From an uncultured virus (IMG/VR IMGVR_UViG_3300027736_000023) (Duplodnaviria; Heunggongvirae; Uroviricota; Caudoviricetes), in IMG/VR virus record IMGVR_UViG_3300027736_000023: a stretch of DNA of 64,000 nt; one strand, 5' to 3'. This document shows positions 27,419-37,317 of the stretch, piece by piece; the first letter of the stretch is position 1, and each line of letters starts with the position of its first letter. The notes beneath the pieces are model-generated. The model was not told the DNA's origin and did not search any database. It saw only the letters and a program-made list of their open reading frames with translations. The translations under genes were made by a program, and so were the position numbers.

Positions 27419-28006
27419 ATGGAGAAAACAATAGGCAGAAGAGAAATTATTTCTTTTCCTGATTTAATGGTTGATAAGATAAAGGCAAAAATTGATACTG
27501 GTGCTTATGGAACAGCCGTGCATGTTGATAATATCGAGATAATAAATGATGCACTGACATTTACTATAAATAATAATACCTTTACTTATACTAAATTTAA
27601 AATAATTAAGGTCAAGAGTTCATTTGGTAAAAAACAAAAAAGATTTTCTATTTTTACAAAAATTAAAATAGGAGATTTAACTTATAAAATTTGGGTTTCC
27701 TTAACCAATAGAAAAAATATGAGATATCCAGTTTTGATAGGCCGCAGATTTTTATATAAGTTTAACTACTTAGTAGATGTTAGAAAAAATAATGTAAATA
27801 ATATTAAAAATAACCCTATCGATATTTATAATTGGATAATAGAAATAATTGACTCTAGTACAAATGCTGAACATGAAAGAGTTTGCAGTCGACTAGCTGA
27901 TTTATTTAAAACTAAATTTATGACGGCGTCTAATAATTGGACCTTAACTAACTGTTTATATCTAGATATCCTTACTCATATTAATAAACTTGAATATACA
28001 AAATGA
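27419..28006 (+). CDS. RimB-like retropepsin-type protease (ATP-dependent zinc protease family)
   Basis: IGRRE, AKIDTGA, SLTNR...MRYPVLIGRRFL. Confidence 0.85.
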   Translation: MEKTIGRREIISFPDLMVDKIKAKIDTGAYGTAVHVDNIEIINDALTFTINNNTFTYTKFKIIKVKSSFGKKQKRFSIFTKIKIGDLTYKIWVSLTNRKNMRYPVLIGRRFLYKFNYLVDVRKNNVNNIKNNPIDIYNWIIEIIDSSTNAEHERVCSRLADLFKTKFMTASNNWTLTNCLYLDILTHINKLEYTK

Positions 28007-28203
28007 CAAATCCTGAACCATCTATTTTAAAAATTGCTAATGAATATGCAGAGCATACTGTTAAATCATTAGCCCACTCCCAACGAATGGGGCTTGTATC
28101 AAATGAAGAGGAATTAACACGCCTAATCTCGGCTGGTATTGAAACTGCACTTGAGGAATATTCCTCACAATTAAAAAATAATCCATTAAATGGAAACACC
28201 TAA
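28003..28203 (+). CDS. hypothetical protein
   Basis: 66 aa, overlapping neighbours. Confidence 0.6.
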   Translation: MTNPEPSILKIANEYAEHTVKSLAHSQRMGLVSNEEELTRLISAGIETALEEYSSQLKNNPLNGNT

Positions 28204-28528
28204 ACAAATAAATAAAAAAATGAAAAATTACAGAGCACCAAGTAAAAAAACGACTAATTTAGTAAGTACTGAACCTAATCTTAAAGTTGAAAATATAAGT
28301 CATAATAATACACAAGTAGTATTTAAAATAACCATGGTTAAGCCAGATATTAAATCGGTATTTAGAAGACTAGTTGAAGTATTTTTGCCGACTAAATCGG
28401 CTGAAGTAATTACAAATATTGATAGACTAGAGGCAAAGACAATTTCAAAATACATTCATACATGTATACTTGAGTCAGATGCTGCATATAAACTAGAAAA
28501 TCCAAAGACTCAACCAGTTAAAAAATAA
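28190..28528 (+). CDS. hypothetical protein
   Basis: 112 aa ORF. Confidence 0.6.
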   Translation: METPKQINKKMKNYRAPSKKTTNLVSTEPNLKVENISHNNTQVVFKITMVKPDIKSVFRRLVEVFLPTKSAEVITNIDRLEAKTISKYIHTCILESDAAYKLENPKTQPVKK

Positions 28529-28546
28529 ATTAGTATAATAGCTAAT

Positions 28547-28975
28547 ATGCAAACGATCTCTAATTATCATAAGTTTAGGCGAACTTCTCAAAAATTAATT
28601 ATATCATTAATTAAATTAACTGAGCCACCTAATGAAAGGCGCACGCCTGAACAAAAAGATAATGAAAAGGATGCAAGTTTAATATTTTATAAGTTAATTA
28701 AAAATAAAGAGAGCGAACTCTTAATTAGTCCACTTAGCAATAAGTGCTTTATTAAAAATGATGATGGTAATATTTTAATTATATTAGAAGCATACGAACT
28801 AACTATAATTAACCATGTATTTGGATATAATATTAAATTATCAAATATAACCTACCATAAACTATATAAGGCATTTAATGTAGAGGTTGAAAACCGTAGA
28901 ATTAAAATGGAAGATAGTTTTAGAAAAAATGTTAAACACTCACTACAAACTCTAATTTCAAAGATCCATGAATAA
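28547..28975 (+). CDS. hypothetical phage protein
   Basis: 142 aa; AGTATAAT box 7 nt upstream of ATG. Confidence 0.7.
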   Translation: MQTISNYHKFRRTSQKLIISLIKLTEPPNERRTPEQKDNEKDASLIFYKLIKNKESELLISPLSNKCFIKNDDGNILIILEAYELTIINHVFGYNIKLSNITYHKLYKAFNVEVENRRIKMEDSFRKNVKHSLQTLISKIHE

Positions 28976-29249
28976 GTATAACCAATTAGCTATATCTGGA
29001 ATGATATTAATATTAGTACCAAGTATCTTATTACTACTTGGGTTGTATTATATTGCAGTTGGAGCCTTTATTGATACGACAACAATTAGGCCTGAGCCAA
29101 TTACTAAAAATGTGATTATAAAAACTGACACGGTTAAGATTGAAATTCCATGTACCAGGACTCATTGCGATTCGCATAAGTCCAAAAAACATCACCGCGA
29201 TACTCTAACTAATCGCGCAGTGAGTAAAGAATTAACTGATACCCTATAA
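28968..29249 (+). CDS. membrane-anchored hypothetical protein
   Basis: N-terminal TM helix. Confidence 0.65.
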   Translation: MNKYNQLAISGMILILVPSILLLLGLYYIAVGAFIDTTTIRPEPITKNVIIKTDTVKIEIPCTRTHCDSHKSKKHHRDTLTNRAVSKELTDTL

Positions 29250-29251
29250 TT

Positions 29252-31231
29252 ATGGCAAAACCATCTCAAAGTAAAACTCCAATGCTTGACTCATTCGGAA
29301 AGGACCTAACTCAATTAGCTCTAGAAGGCAAACTTGATCCAGTAGTAGGCCGCGATTCAGAAATTAAACGCTGTATTCAAATTTTAGCTAGACGAAAAAA
29401 GAATAATCCAATTTTAATTGGAGAACCTGGAGTTGGTAAAACTGCAATTGTTGAAGGTTTGGCTGAAATGATTGTTAAAAAGACCTGTCCTAGAGTTTTA
29501 TTTGATAAAAAAATAATTTCTCTTGAACTTGCAAATTTAGTAGCCGGTACAAAATACCGTGGTCAATTTGAAGAAAGAATTGAGCAAATAATTCAAGAGG
29601 TTCAACAAAGCTTAAATATTATCTTGTTTATTGATGAGATTCATACGCTAATCGGAGCAGGCTCTGCAAGTGGCTCGCTAGATGCTGCAAATATCTTGAA
29701 ACCAGCGCTTAGCCGTGGTGGAATTCAGTGTATTGGTGCAACTACAATTGATGAATTTCGAGGTTCAATTGAAAAAGACGGGGCTCTTAGCCGCAGATTT
29801 CAACAAGTTATGGTAAATCCATCAAGCTTAACCGAGTCTAGGCAAATACTTGAAAATATCAGAGAAAAATACGAAGATCATCATTCAGTACACTATACTG
29901 ATGAGGCACTTGATGCATGTGTTAGATATAGTGATCGATATATTCAGGACAGATTTTTACCAGATAAAGCAATTGACTTAATGGATGAAGCTGGATCAAA
30001 TGTGCATATCAGTGGAGTACTTGTTCCAGAGTCAATAAAAATACTTGAAGATAAATTAGTTACGGTCTCTAATAAAAAAACAAAGGCAGTAGTTAGCCAA
30101 CAATATGAAGCTGCTGCAAAATTAAGAGATGAAGCTTTAAAAGTAATAGATGAAATTTCCGAAGAAAAAATCAAATGGGAAGAGTCATTAAAGATTAACC
30201 GACTATCGGTAAATGAGAGTGATATTGCAAATGTTGTGTCAACCATGACAGGGATTCCAGTAACTCGACTAAAAGGCTCAGAACTTGAAAAGCTATCAAA
30301 TATGGAAAAAACTTTGAATAGCACATTAATTGGCCAGGCTGATGCAGTTAAGAAATTAACCAGAGCAATTCAAAGATCTAGAGCAGGCTTAAAGTCTAAA
30401 ACTAAACCAATTGGTACCTTTATATTTCTAGGCCCAACTGGAGTTGGTAAAACTGAGCTGGCCAAACAATTAGCAAAGTTTATGTTTTCTTCTGAAGATT
30501 CTTTAATTAGAATAGACATGTCAGAGTATGGAGAAAAATTTACAGCAAGTAAAATGATGGGAGCTCCTCCAGGCTATGTCGGCTATGAAAATGGTGGTCA
30601 ATTAACTGAAAAGGTAAAGCGTAAACCATACTCGGTAATATTATTAGATGAAATTGAAAAGGCTCATCCAGATATTTTTAATACCCTATTACAGGTATTA
30701 GATGAGGGTCATATGACCGACGGTACAGGTAGAAAGGTTGATTTTAAAAATACTGTTATTATTATGACCTCTAACGTTGGAGTAAAACAGCTACAAGAGT
30801 TTGGAAGTGGTATTGGTTTTGGTTTTGCAACAGCCGCAAGCGTTGAAAAACAAAAGGAATTAGCCAATCAAATACTTGAAAAGGCAATTAGCAAACAGTT
30901 TGCTCCAGAATTTATAAACCGGATAGATGATATTATTATATTTAATTCATTAGAAAAGTCTGATATTGGAAAAATAATTGATATTGAATTTGCGGATCTA
31001 TATGAAAGGGTTAAAGAAAATGGATATACGGTTGAAGTTACTAAATCTGCCAAAAAATTCTTAATTGATAAAGGTTATGATGAAAAGTTTGGAGCTAGAC
31101 CACTAAAGCGGGTGATACAGTCACACTTAGAGGACCTAATTGCTGAGGCTTTTATAGACAATAAGATAAAGGATGGCGATCATTTAGTGATAACCCATAA
31201 GGCGAACGACGATAAGTTAACAATCAAATAG
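29252..31231 (+). CDS. clpC: ClpC/ClpA-like AAA+ chaperone lacking the N-domain
   Basis: GEPGVGKT, LFIDEIH, RFLPDKAIDL, UVR-like YEAAAKLRD, GPTGVGKT, GAPPGYVGYE, FGARPL. Confidence 0.92.
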   Translation: MAKPSQSKTPMLDSFGKDLTQLALEGKLDPVVGRDSEIKRCIQILARRKKNNPILIGEPGVGKTAIVEGLAEMIVKKTCPRVLFDKKIISLELANLVAGTKYRGQFEERIEQIIQEVQQSLNIILFIDEIHTLIGAGSASGSLDAANILKPALSRGGIQCIGATTIDEFRGSIEKDGALSRRFQQVMVNPSSLTESRQILENIREKYEDHHSVHYTDEALDACVRYSDRYIQDRFLPDKAIDLMDEAGSNVHISGVLVPESIKILEDKLVTVSNKKTKAVVSQQYEAAAKLRDEALKVIDEISEEKIKWEESLKINRLSVNESDIANVVSTMTGIPVTRLKGSELEKLSNMEKTLNSTLIGQADAVKKLTRAIQRSRAGLKSKTKPIGTFIFLGPTGVGKTELAKQLAKFMFSSEDSLIRIDMSEYGEKFTASKMMGAPPGYVGYENGGQLTEKVKRKPYSVILLDEIEKAHPDIFNTLLQVLDEGHMTDGTGRKVDFKNTVIIMTSNVGVKQLQEFGSGIGFGFATAASVEKQKELANQILEKAISKQFAPEFINRIDDIIIFNSLEKSDIGKIIDIEFADLYERVKENGYTVEVTKSAKKFLIDKGYDEKFGARPLKRVIQSHLEDLIAEAFIDNKIKDGDHLVITHKANDDKLTIK

Positions 31232-31277
31232 TTTAATATAGATTTCATATAAATAACTTTATAAAAAGTTAAATAAT

Positions 31278-32372
31278 ATGGGAAAATTCGGAAAACGCAA
31301 ACTTCCAAAATTTTTAGAATTAGAATCTACCGAGGTATTGGACGAAAACTCTAATTTAAGTAGAAATGACCGCCGGGCAGAAATTGAAGCATTAAAGGCA
31401 ATTGGAATCAGCACAGGTAATGAACCTGGCACAATTATTGAAAGTTATTATAGAATAGAGGATCTTCGTAACTCTGGACTTGAAAATCCACCGGCTAAAA
31501 TATTATGGAGTGATTTATGGATTAAGTTTATTGACATTGACTATGATGAACAAATTGTAAATTTTAAAGTAGTTGAAGATAGCATTGATATGGATGAAGA
31601 CTATAATTCATATCCAAATGAAGATGACATGTATGATGAATCCTATAGTGGGACTGCTACATTTACGACCGTAGTTAATGATGTTGAATATTCAATAGAG
31701 TGTTATATAAGTGGAAATGATGGACAATTTACGGTTGATGACTATATGACTCCAAAACTTAAAATAACTGAATTAACCGAAGACGAGGCTAAGCGCCGTG
31801 AATTTAATAATAAACCCGCAGCATACCGTGACCGCATTGAGAAAAATGATCCGGGTTATTTTAGTAAAATATTTAATGAAATTAAAAAAACTGCCCTTCG
31901 TCATAGTGCAAAATCTGTTACTTTTAATATATTCAAGGACGGCAGGTCAGCTGAACTGACGGTTACCGATTTGGAAGCTCAACTCGATGAAACCCTTGGG
32001 GATATAATTGGAGATTCAGGTGATATGTATAGTTATGATGATGTTGCCACAATGAGGTTTAATTCATCTACCTCACCAAGTTTATCCAGCGATCCAACAA
32101 ATATTAGCTATCATGCATATCAATCAAATAAAGCAAACGAAAGCTTTAATTCATTTTTAAATGAGTGTTGGTCGCCAATTGATGAAAGTTATGTTCCAGG
32201 TCTATCTGATAGTTCTAAACTTGCAATAAAAAGACTATGCGAAGCCGTTTTAATACATGAGGCTCATACTCATGATATGTCTGAGGATCCTGCTCAAACA
32301 TATGAAACCTATTTAAATGAATGTTATGAATATATTACTGAGTGTATGATGCACGCTTCTCAAAAAATATAG
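31278..32372 (+). CDS. acidic hypothetical protein (putative internal head protein)
   Basis: TATAAATAA at 31248-31256; LPKFLELE and ESFNSFLNE motifs. Confidence 0.7.
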   Translation: MGKFGKRKLPKFLELESTEVLDENSNLSRNDRRAEIEALKAIGISTGNEPGTIIESYYRIEDLRNSGLENPPAKILWSDLWIKFIDIDYDEQIVNFKVVEDSIDMDEDYNSYPNEDDMYDESYSGTATFTTVVNDVEYSIECYISGNDGQFTVDDYMTPKLKITELTEDEAKRREFNNKPAAYRDRIEKNDPGYFSKIFNEIKKTALRHSAKSVTFNIFKDGRSAELTVTDLEAQLDETLGDIIGDSGDMYSYDDVATMRFNSSTSPSLSSDPTNISYHAYQSNKANESFNSFLNECWSPIDESYVPGLSDSSKLAIKRLCEAVLIHEAHTHDMSEDPAQTYETYLNECYEYITECMMHASQKI

Positions 32373-32381
32373 TATGAAATA

Positions 32382-33176
32382 TTGAAGTCGTTAAAGCATA
32401 TTGGAATATTTACTGGTAAATTTAAACCGCCACACATAGGTCACTATTCTAGTATTTTACAAATAGCCGAGGATAATGATGAAACTTATATTTTCGTAAG
32501 TCCAAAAAGCGAAGGCTCTATTACTGGAGAAATGGCAACCGCTATTTTAAAACTTTATTTTAGCAAAAAGCCCGATATTCATATCCGCCTAGCTGAAGTT
32601 ACACCAGTTAGGTCAGCATATGAATTTGTTGAAGAACTAGGTAAAAATAAAAGTGGAGCACATTTCAAAGTTAAGCTGTATGCACTACCTGAAGATATGA
32701 ACCGGTTTGGGCAAATGGAAAAATGGCTAGGTGAAAATACAGAAATCGAAAGAATTGAAACAGACCGGCCTGAATTTATAGACTCCTCAACTGAAACCAA
32801 TAAGGACCCTGACGGAGTTTCTGGCACGCTAATGCGTAAGTTTGTTAATGACAATGATAAAACTAGTTTTTTTAAAGGTTTACCGGATTCGGTAGATAAG
32901 AATAAAGTTTGGAAAATTATTAAGGCGGATGTTACTGAGAATGGAACCTATTCAATTCCAGCAGACTCATTTAATCAGGCTAGAGATATGAATATTCAAC
33001 CCTCTTTGATTAATGTTCAAACTGGCGGAATTCCTAGACACTGGTCACCAAGCACACGGTATTCACGAATAGATCTTAAAAATAACCAAATAGCAAAGTC
33101 TACATCAAAAATGGTAAAGACATTTAGTGAATTTATTGAAGAGCCTCAAGCTATTAATAACGTGTTTAATAAATAA
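32382..33176 (+). CDS. HIGH-motif (cytidylyltransferase-like) nucleotidyltransferase
   Basis: GKFKPPHIGH, VSGTLMR; C-terminal VKTFSEFIEE. Confidence 0.82.
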   Translation: MKSLKHIGIFTGKFKPPHIGHYSSILQIAEDNDETYIFVSPKSEGSITGEMATAILKLYFSKKPDIHIRLAEVTPVRSAYEFVEELGKNKSGAHFKVKLYALPEDMNRFGQMEKWLGENTEIERIETDRPEFIDSSTETNKDPDGVSGTLMRKFVNDNDKTSFFKGLPDSVDKNKVWKIIKADVTENGTYSIPADSFNQARDMNIQPSLINVQTGGIPRHWSPSTRYSRIDLKNNQIAKSTSKMVKTFSEFIEEPQAINNVFNK

Positions 33177-33194
33177 CAAAAAGAACCTGATAAA

Positions 33195-33383
33195 ATGAGT
33201 AATAAGATTCTAAGATTTGCAGATTTTAAAAATGGTAATTCATTACAAGATCCAAAGAAGCATGCATTAACAACAAAAGGTGAACCTAAGCCTAAAAAAG
33301 AAAAATCAATAGATCCGATTAAAAAATCAAATTTAGGCAAGCTTACAGTAACTCAGCCGGACTATTCAAAAACTCAAAAATAA
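33195..33383 (+). CDS. small basic protein
   Basis: ILRFADF motif; AATAAATAA at 33168-33176. Confidence 0.65.
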   Translation: MSNKILRFADFKNGNSLQDPKKHALTTKGEPKPKKEKSIDPIKKSNLGKLTVTQPDYSKTQK

Positions 33384-33398
33384 AATTAGCAAAATTAA

Positions 33399-34133
33399 AT
33401 GACTCAGTCTGACTTAATATTAGATATTCAAAATGAGCTTACGTTCGCGAAGGCTCTACCGTATTCAATTCCTGAGCAAGAAATTATTCGTATTATAACA
33501 ATTGCCGAAAGGTATTTTTATGATAATTGGAGACATGCAATTGAGCCTAGATATTTATTAATTCCATTAGAAATTTTTAAAAATCCACTATTTTTAAAAG
33601 AGCGAGCAATTCAAATGCCAGACTGTGTACAGTTTGTGCACCAAGTTAGAGAAGCAAAAGGTGGAACTATGTTTGGCACAATTGATCAAGATTTTGCGGA
33701 TAATAAATTTATTGGATCTGAGATATTTTTAACACCATTTATTGGTGAGTCAATTATGTACAGAACAATTTTATTTTCATTTTTAGATCTTACTAAATCG
33801 ATGACCATTGATACACTAGCCTATGATTTTAATAAAAATACTCATAAAATAACAATAATGGGTAGAACTCCAGCAACAGTAGTTGTTGCTCAAGTTGCTA
33901 AAAAAATTGATGCTGAATACCTATACGAAGACGAACTATTTCAAAGATATGTTAGAGCAAAGTCCAAAGTTAAATTGGGCGAGTTACTAACATCATTTGA
34001 CTTTAATATACCTGGCGGAATTAAACCTAATTATGCAACAATGGTAACCAAAGCAGAGGCAGAGTTAACGGCAGTTGAGGCAATGATGAAGACTGAAAAT
34101 ACTGGAGATTTTTTATATCTCATAAATTTTTAA
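33399..34133 (+). CDS. neck protein (T4 gp13-like)
   Basis: C-terminal LFQRYVRAKSKVKLG...FNIPGG...AEAEL matches the gp13 pattern. Confidence 0.75.
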   Translation: MTQSDLILDIQNELTFAKALPYSIPEQEIIRIITIAERYFYDNWRHAIEPRYLLIPLEIFKNPLFLKERAIQMPDCVQFVHQVREAKGGTMFGTIDQDFADNKFIGSEIFLTPFIGESIMYRTILFSFLDLTKSMTIDTLAYDFNKNTHKITIMGRTPATVVVAQVAKKIDAEYLYEDELFQRYVRAKSKVKLGELLTSFDFNIPGGIKPNYATMVTKAEAELTAVEAMMKTENTGDFLYLINF

Positions 34134-34141
34134 TATACGAT

Positions 34142-34516
34142 ATGATTGACTTTTTTTTTAGAAACCCGCTTGATCCAAACTACCGACCTGGTATATATGA
34201 GTCAAGGGATCAAATTGAAAATACCATTAGTCAAATTAGAATGACTCTGCTAACTAAAAAAGGAGAAGTATTGGGAGAACCTGAATTTGGATTTGATGCA
34301 ACTGGATATCTATTTGAATTTGAAGGAGAGCCGCTTGATCGTATTGAAAAAACTGCCGATGAACAAATTCATAATTATGTAATGATGTCTAAACTTTTTA
34401 CGATTGAGGCTAGGGCATTTACCCTAAATGATCTATCTGATAGTTATAAATCCGGATTAGGAATTAGTATTGAAATTAATGGAAATAGAGCATTTGCTGC
34501 ACTATATTCGGATTAA
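34142..34516 (+). CDS. baseplate wedge / sheath initiator (T4 gp25-like)
   Basis: IRMTLLTKKGEVLGEPEFG...YLFE. Confidence 0.75.
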   Translation: MIDFFFRNPLDPNYRPGIYESRDQIENTISQIRMTLLTKKGEVLGEPEFGFDATGYLFEFEGEPLDRIEKTADEQIHNYVMMSKLFTIEARAFTLNDLSDSYKSGLGISIEINGNRAFAALYSD

Positions 34517-36193
34517 TTATAATTGACCCTTTGCTCCCAACTCTGTCTTAAATTCACCAGATTCTCCAGCCGCAGCAGCGGGAGCAGCTCCACCCTTACC
34601 TCCACCAGCTTCTCCACCAGCGGCTTCAGCGGCTTCAGCCGCAGCTCCATAACTAGCTAAATAGTCTTTATTCTTTTGAATAGATTCATCACTAAGCTTC
34701 ATGTGTTCTTTAATTAAATATTCAGTAGAGAAATACGGAGTCTTATCATCATTTGCAACTGCCTTAAGTGCATTAACTGTTGCAATACGTTTGTTAATAA
34801 GATCCTGCTCTTTAATCTCTTCAAACACATTATCATTATGCCATCTTAAACCAACTGCATTTGGAAACTTAGGATCATTTCTAAGCTCTTTTATATCTAG
34901 GCACATTTGTAGATAAAGAGGTTTTGTTAATAACTCTTTATAGGCAGAGCGCAATCGTTGTATAAATTTATTATATCTAATCTCTTCACGACTAATACCT
35001 TCAGCTGTTAAAGTAAATGTACCGCCGCCTTCAGCAAACCTTGAACCTGGAATTTTTGAGTCCATTTGAAGTTTTTGATTAAAGTATTTTAATAATTCTG
35101 AGCCTGATAAATTAGGGCCTTGATATTCTAACGGAGTAATATCAACCTTTTGACCATCAGCATTTGCTGGAACTACATAGTTTTTATAGAATAGGATATT
35201 TGGTTTTCCATCAACTTTAAGTTCGCCAGATGATCCATCAAAATAAATGTCTTCTTTTAATGAGTTTGTAAATTCTCTAACATCCTCTTTTGCTTTCTGC
35301 AGTGACTTTGTTCCAATCGGAACGGTTGTTACTAATCTGATAGGGGCATGCATTGTGTGCCAAATAATCTTTGAGTGTTCTAGAATTCTTAATAAATTAA
35401 ATGACCTAACTAACCGCTCAACAAAACTAACCCGTTTGGTTCGCATATGATTAGAATACGAAATATAGATTATTTGAGAATCAGTTAAGGTTTTAACTGA
35501 CTTAGAGATGGGATCACGTTGAGACCACTGTAGTTCAATTTTTCCACCTGCTCCATTCTTCATTTCCGGATATAGAGTAGATGGATCCAATTCTTTAAAT
35601 CCAATTATTTCTTTTGGATTAACTAAATCATCATAAATTATTTCAAATGCCAAATGGCCTTCAATTAAAAATTGATAAAAATATTGCCAGGCAGAAATTC
35701 CTTGATCAAAGCCCCATTTACTGTATATCTTTTGAAAATTATTAGAATACTTCTCTATTACTTTTTCTTGAAACTGTAGTCGCTGTGCCTTATTTGAACC
35801 GCTGTAGTTTAATTCTCCAACCAGGTCATTTGCATAACAAAAACGATTGTCTTCATCAAATACAATAGAGTCATCAGCAATGGTCTCAATAATAAATTCA
35901 ATTTCTCCGTTTGATGCAATATCTCTGAGCCTTTCACGCTTTGATACATAATCCATTTGAAAAAACGCAATTGATTTTGTTTTTAATGAACTTGTTGTAT
36001 CAGATAGGGCAAGGGTTGCTCGCATAAGATCATTTTCCATACCGGAACCCGTTCCGCCCATTTGACCTTCAATAAATCCAATTGCTTGTGAATTTTTAAT
36101 TAAGAGATCATTATATCTCATACCATAATTTCCAAGTTCACTAAGTCGTGATCTAAGAGACTTGATTGGGTTTGCATCTAAAAATCCTGCCAT
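34517..36193 (-). CDS. portal protein (T4 gp20-like)
   Basis: IIGFKELDP, FNLLRILEHSKIIW, KIPGSRF, ISREEIRYNKFIQRLR. Confidence 0.9.
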   Translation of the reverse strand: MAGFLDANPIKSLRSRLSELGNYGMRYNDLLIKNSQAIGFIEGQMGGTGSGMENDLMRATLALSDTTSSLKTKSIAFFQMDYVSKRERLRDIASNGEIEFIIETIADDSIVFDEDNRFCYANDLVGELNYSGSNKAQRLQFQEKVIEKYSNNFQKIYSKWGFDQGISAWQYFYQFLIEGHLAFEIIYDDLVNPKEIIGFKELDPSTLYPEMKNGAGGKIELQWSQRDPISKSVKTLTDSQIIYISYSNHMRTKRVSFVERLVRSFNLLRILEHSKIIWHTMHAPIRLVTTVPIGTKSLQKAKEDVREFTNSLKEDIYFDGSSGELKVDGKPNILFYKNYVVPANADGQKVDITPLEYQGPNLSGSELLKYFNQKLQMDSKIPGSRFAEGGGTFTLTAEGISREEIRYNKFIQRLRSAYKELLTKPLYLQMCLDIKELRNDPKFPNAVGLRWHNDNVFEEIKEQDLINKRIATVNALKAVANDDKTPYFSTEYLIKEHMKLSDESIQKNKDYLASYGAAAEAAEAAGGEAGGGKGGAAPAAAAGESGEFKTELGAKGQL

Positions 36194-36209
36194 ATATTAT
36201 TAGTATTAT

Positions 36210-36788
36210 TTAAAGTTTTCTTATTATATTATTTGAATAGTTAATCTTAGTCAACTTCGGAACATCCGGCCAGTCAATTAAAGTTAAATAACTCATATCC
36301 TCTCTTCTATATTTATCAATCCAGTATTCATATTTACTAAAATAGTCTCGATTAACAAGTCTAGATAGTGAATTGTTTGCAGGTAGCTTAATTCGCTCTG
36401 CCAAATCAATGAAATTTCCATCTGAGTCAACTATTTTATCCAACATTGGGGTTATAACTTTAAGATAAGATCTAACCAATTCTTCAGTAAGTCGAGTAGG
36501 CATCACTTTTAAATTAAGACCAAGTTCGGTTGACCCTTCTTCTTGGCCTAATGATATAAAAATAGGCTGGTTATCTAAATATTCAGATTTACTGGTTTCA
36601 AACCATTCATCAACCGACAAAGTTTTTCCAATTTGACTTATTGACTTAAATGTGTAAATGTGGCCACTCAGACAGGTTCGGTGGTCTACTGGAATTGAAA
36701 CCTCTTCTAAATAGTTATTTGCACCGGCTGAGCTAAACTCTGGAATTTGACCGTCTTTTATAAATTCTTTTAATTTAGCTAACTGCAT
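36210..36788 (-). CDS. putative DNA end protector (T4 gp2-like)
   Basis: GHIYTF...PIFISLG...LGLNL; adjacent to gp4. Confidence 0.55.
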   Translation of the reverse strand: MQLAKLKEFIKDGQIPEFSSAGANNYLEEVSIPVDHRTCLSGHIYTFKSISQIGKTLSVDEWFETSKSEYLDNQPIFISLGQEEGSTELGLNLKVMPTRLTEELVRSYLKVITPMLDKIVDSDGNFIDLAERIKLPANNSLSRLVNRDYFSKYEYWIDKYRREDMSYLTLIDWPDVPKLTKINYSNNIIRKL

Positions 36789-36797
36789 TTACCTATT

Positions 36798-37304
36798 TTA
36801 TATTGACTTAAACAAAAAGTTTTCAGTGATTATTCCAAATTTCATACCTCTGTGAATTGCAAAATCCTTAGCGGCCTCAAACTTAGCTTTATTTACAATA
36901 AACTGCTTTGCTGCATATACGTAATTTGCAGTCTGTTTATCAGTCATTCGCTTCGGCACAACTGGAGCCTTGACGTACTTATCAGGTTTAACCTCAATTA
37001 GCCACTTTTGATCATTACCATCTGCATCCCGAGTAACAATATAGAAATCTACATAATATGTGTGACCTCTTTTATCAAGTGGACTGTAATAGCTGATTCC
37101 AACCGGTTCAGAAGAATATTGAATAATAGTTGGGCTTAAATCACACCATTTTAGGAACTTAAATTCCCAAGAACTTCTAAAAATAATTTGAGAAATATCT
37201 CCAATATATTTGTCAGGGTGAGCGGGTTTAAAATAGCCCTGCTTGATTGCGCCAGCCCGCGGTTTTAAAAACGTTTTAATACTTTTTGACTCTTTAGGTT
37301 TCAT
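36798..37304 (-). CDS. head completion nuclease (T4 gp4, TnsA-like)
   Basis: YFKP.HPDKYIGD, FRSSWE, SSEP, YYVDF, IEVKP, NKAKFEAA. Confidence 0.92.
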   Translation of the reverse strand: MKPKESKSIKTFLKPRAGAIKQGYFKPAHPDKYIGDISQIIFRSSWEFKFLKWCDLSPTIIQYSSEPVGISYYSPLDKRGHTYYVDFYIVTRDADGNDQKWLIEVKPDKYVKAPVVPKRMTDKQTANYVYAAKQFIVNKAKFEAAKDFAIHRGMKFGIITENFLFKSI

Positions 37305-37308
37305 ATAG

Positions 37309-37317
37309 TTATTTATA
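37309..37317 (-). promoter_or_regulatory. putative late promoter TATAAATAA for gp4-gp2-portal
   Basis: Exact T4 late consensus 4 nt upstream of the gp4 ATG. Confidence 0.65.

Noticed and set aside
36798..37304. Tn7 TnsA transposase
   Set aside because: Motifs and position next to gp2 and portal identify it as T4 gp4; no other Tn7 genes are present.
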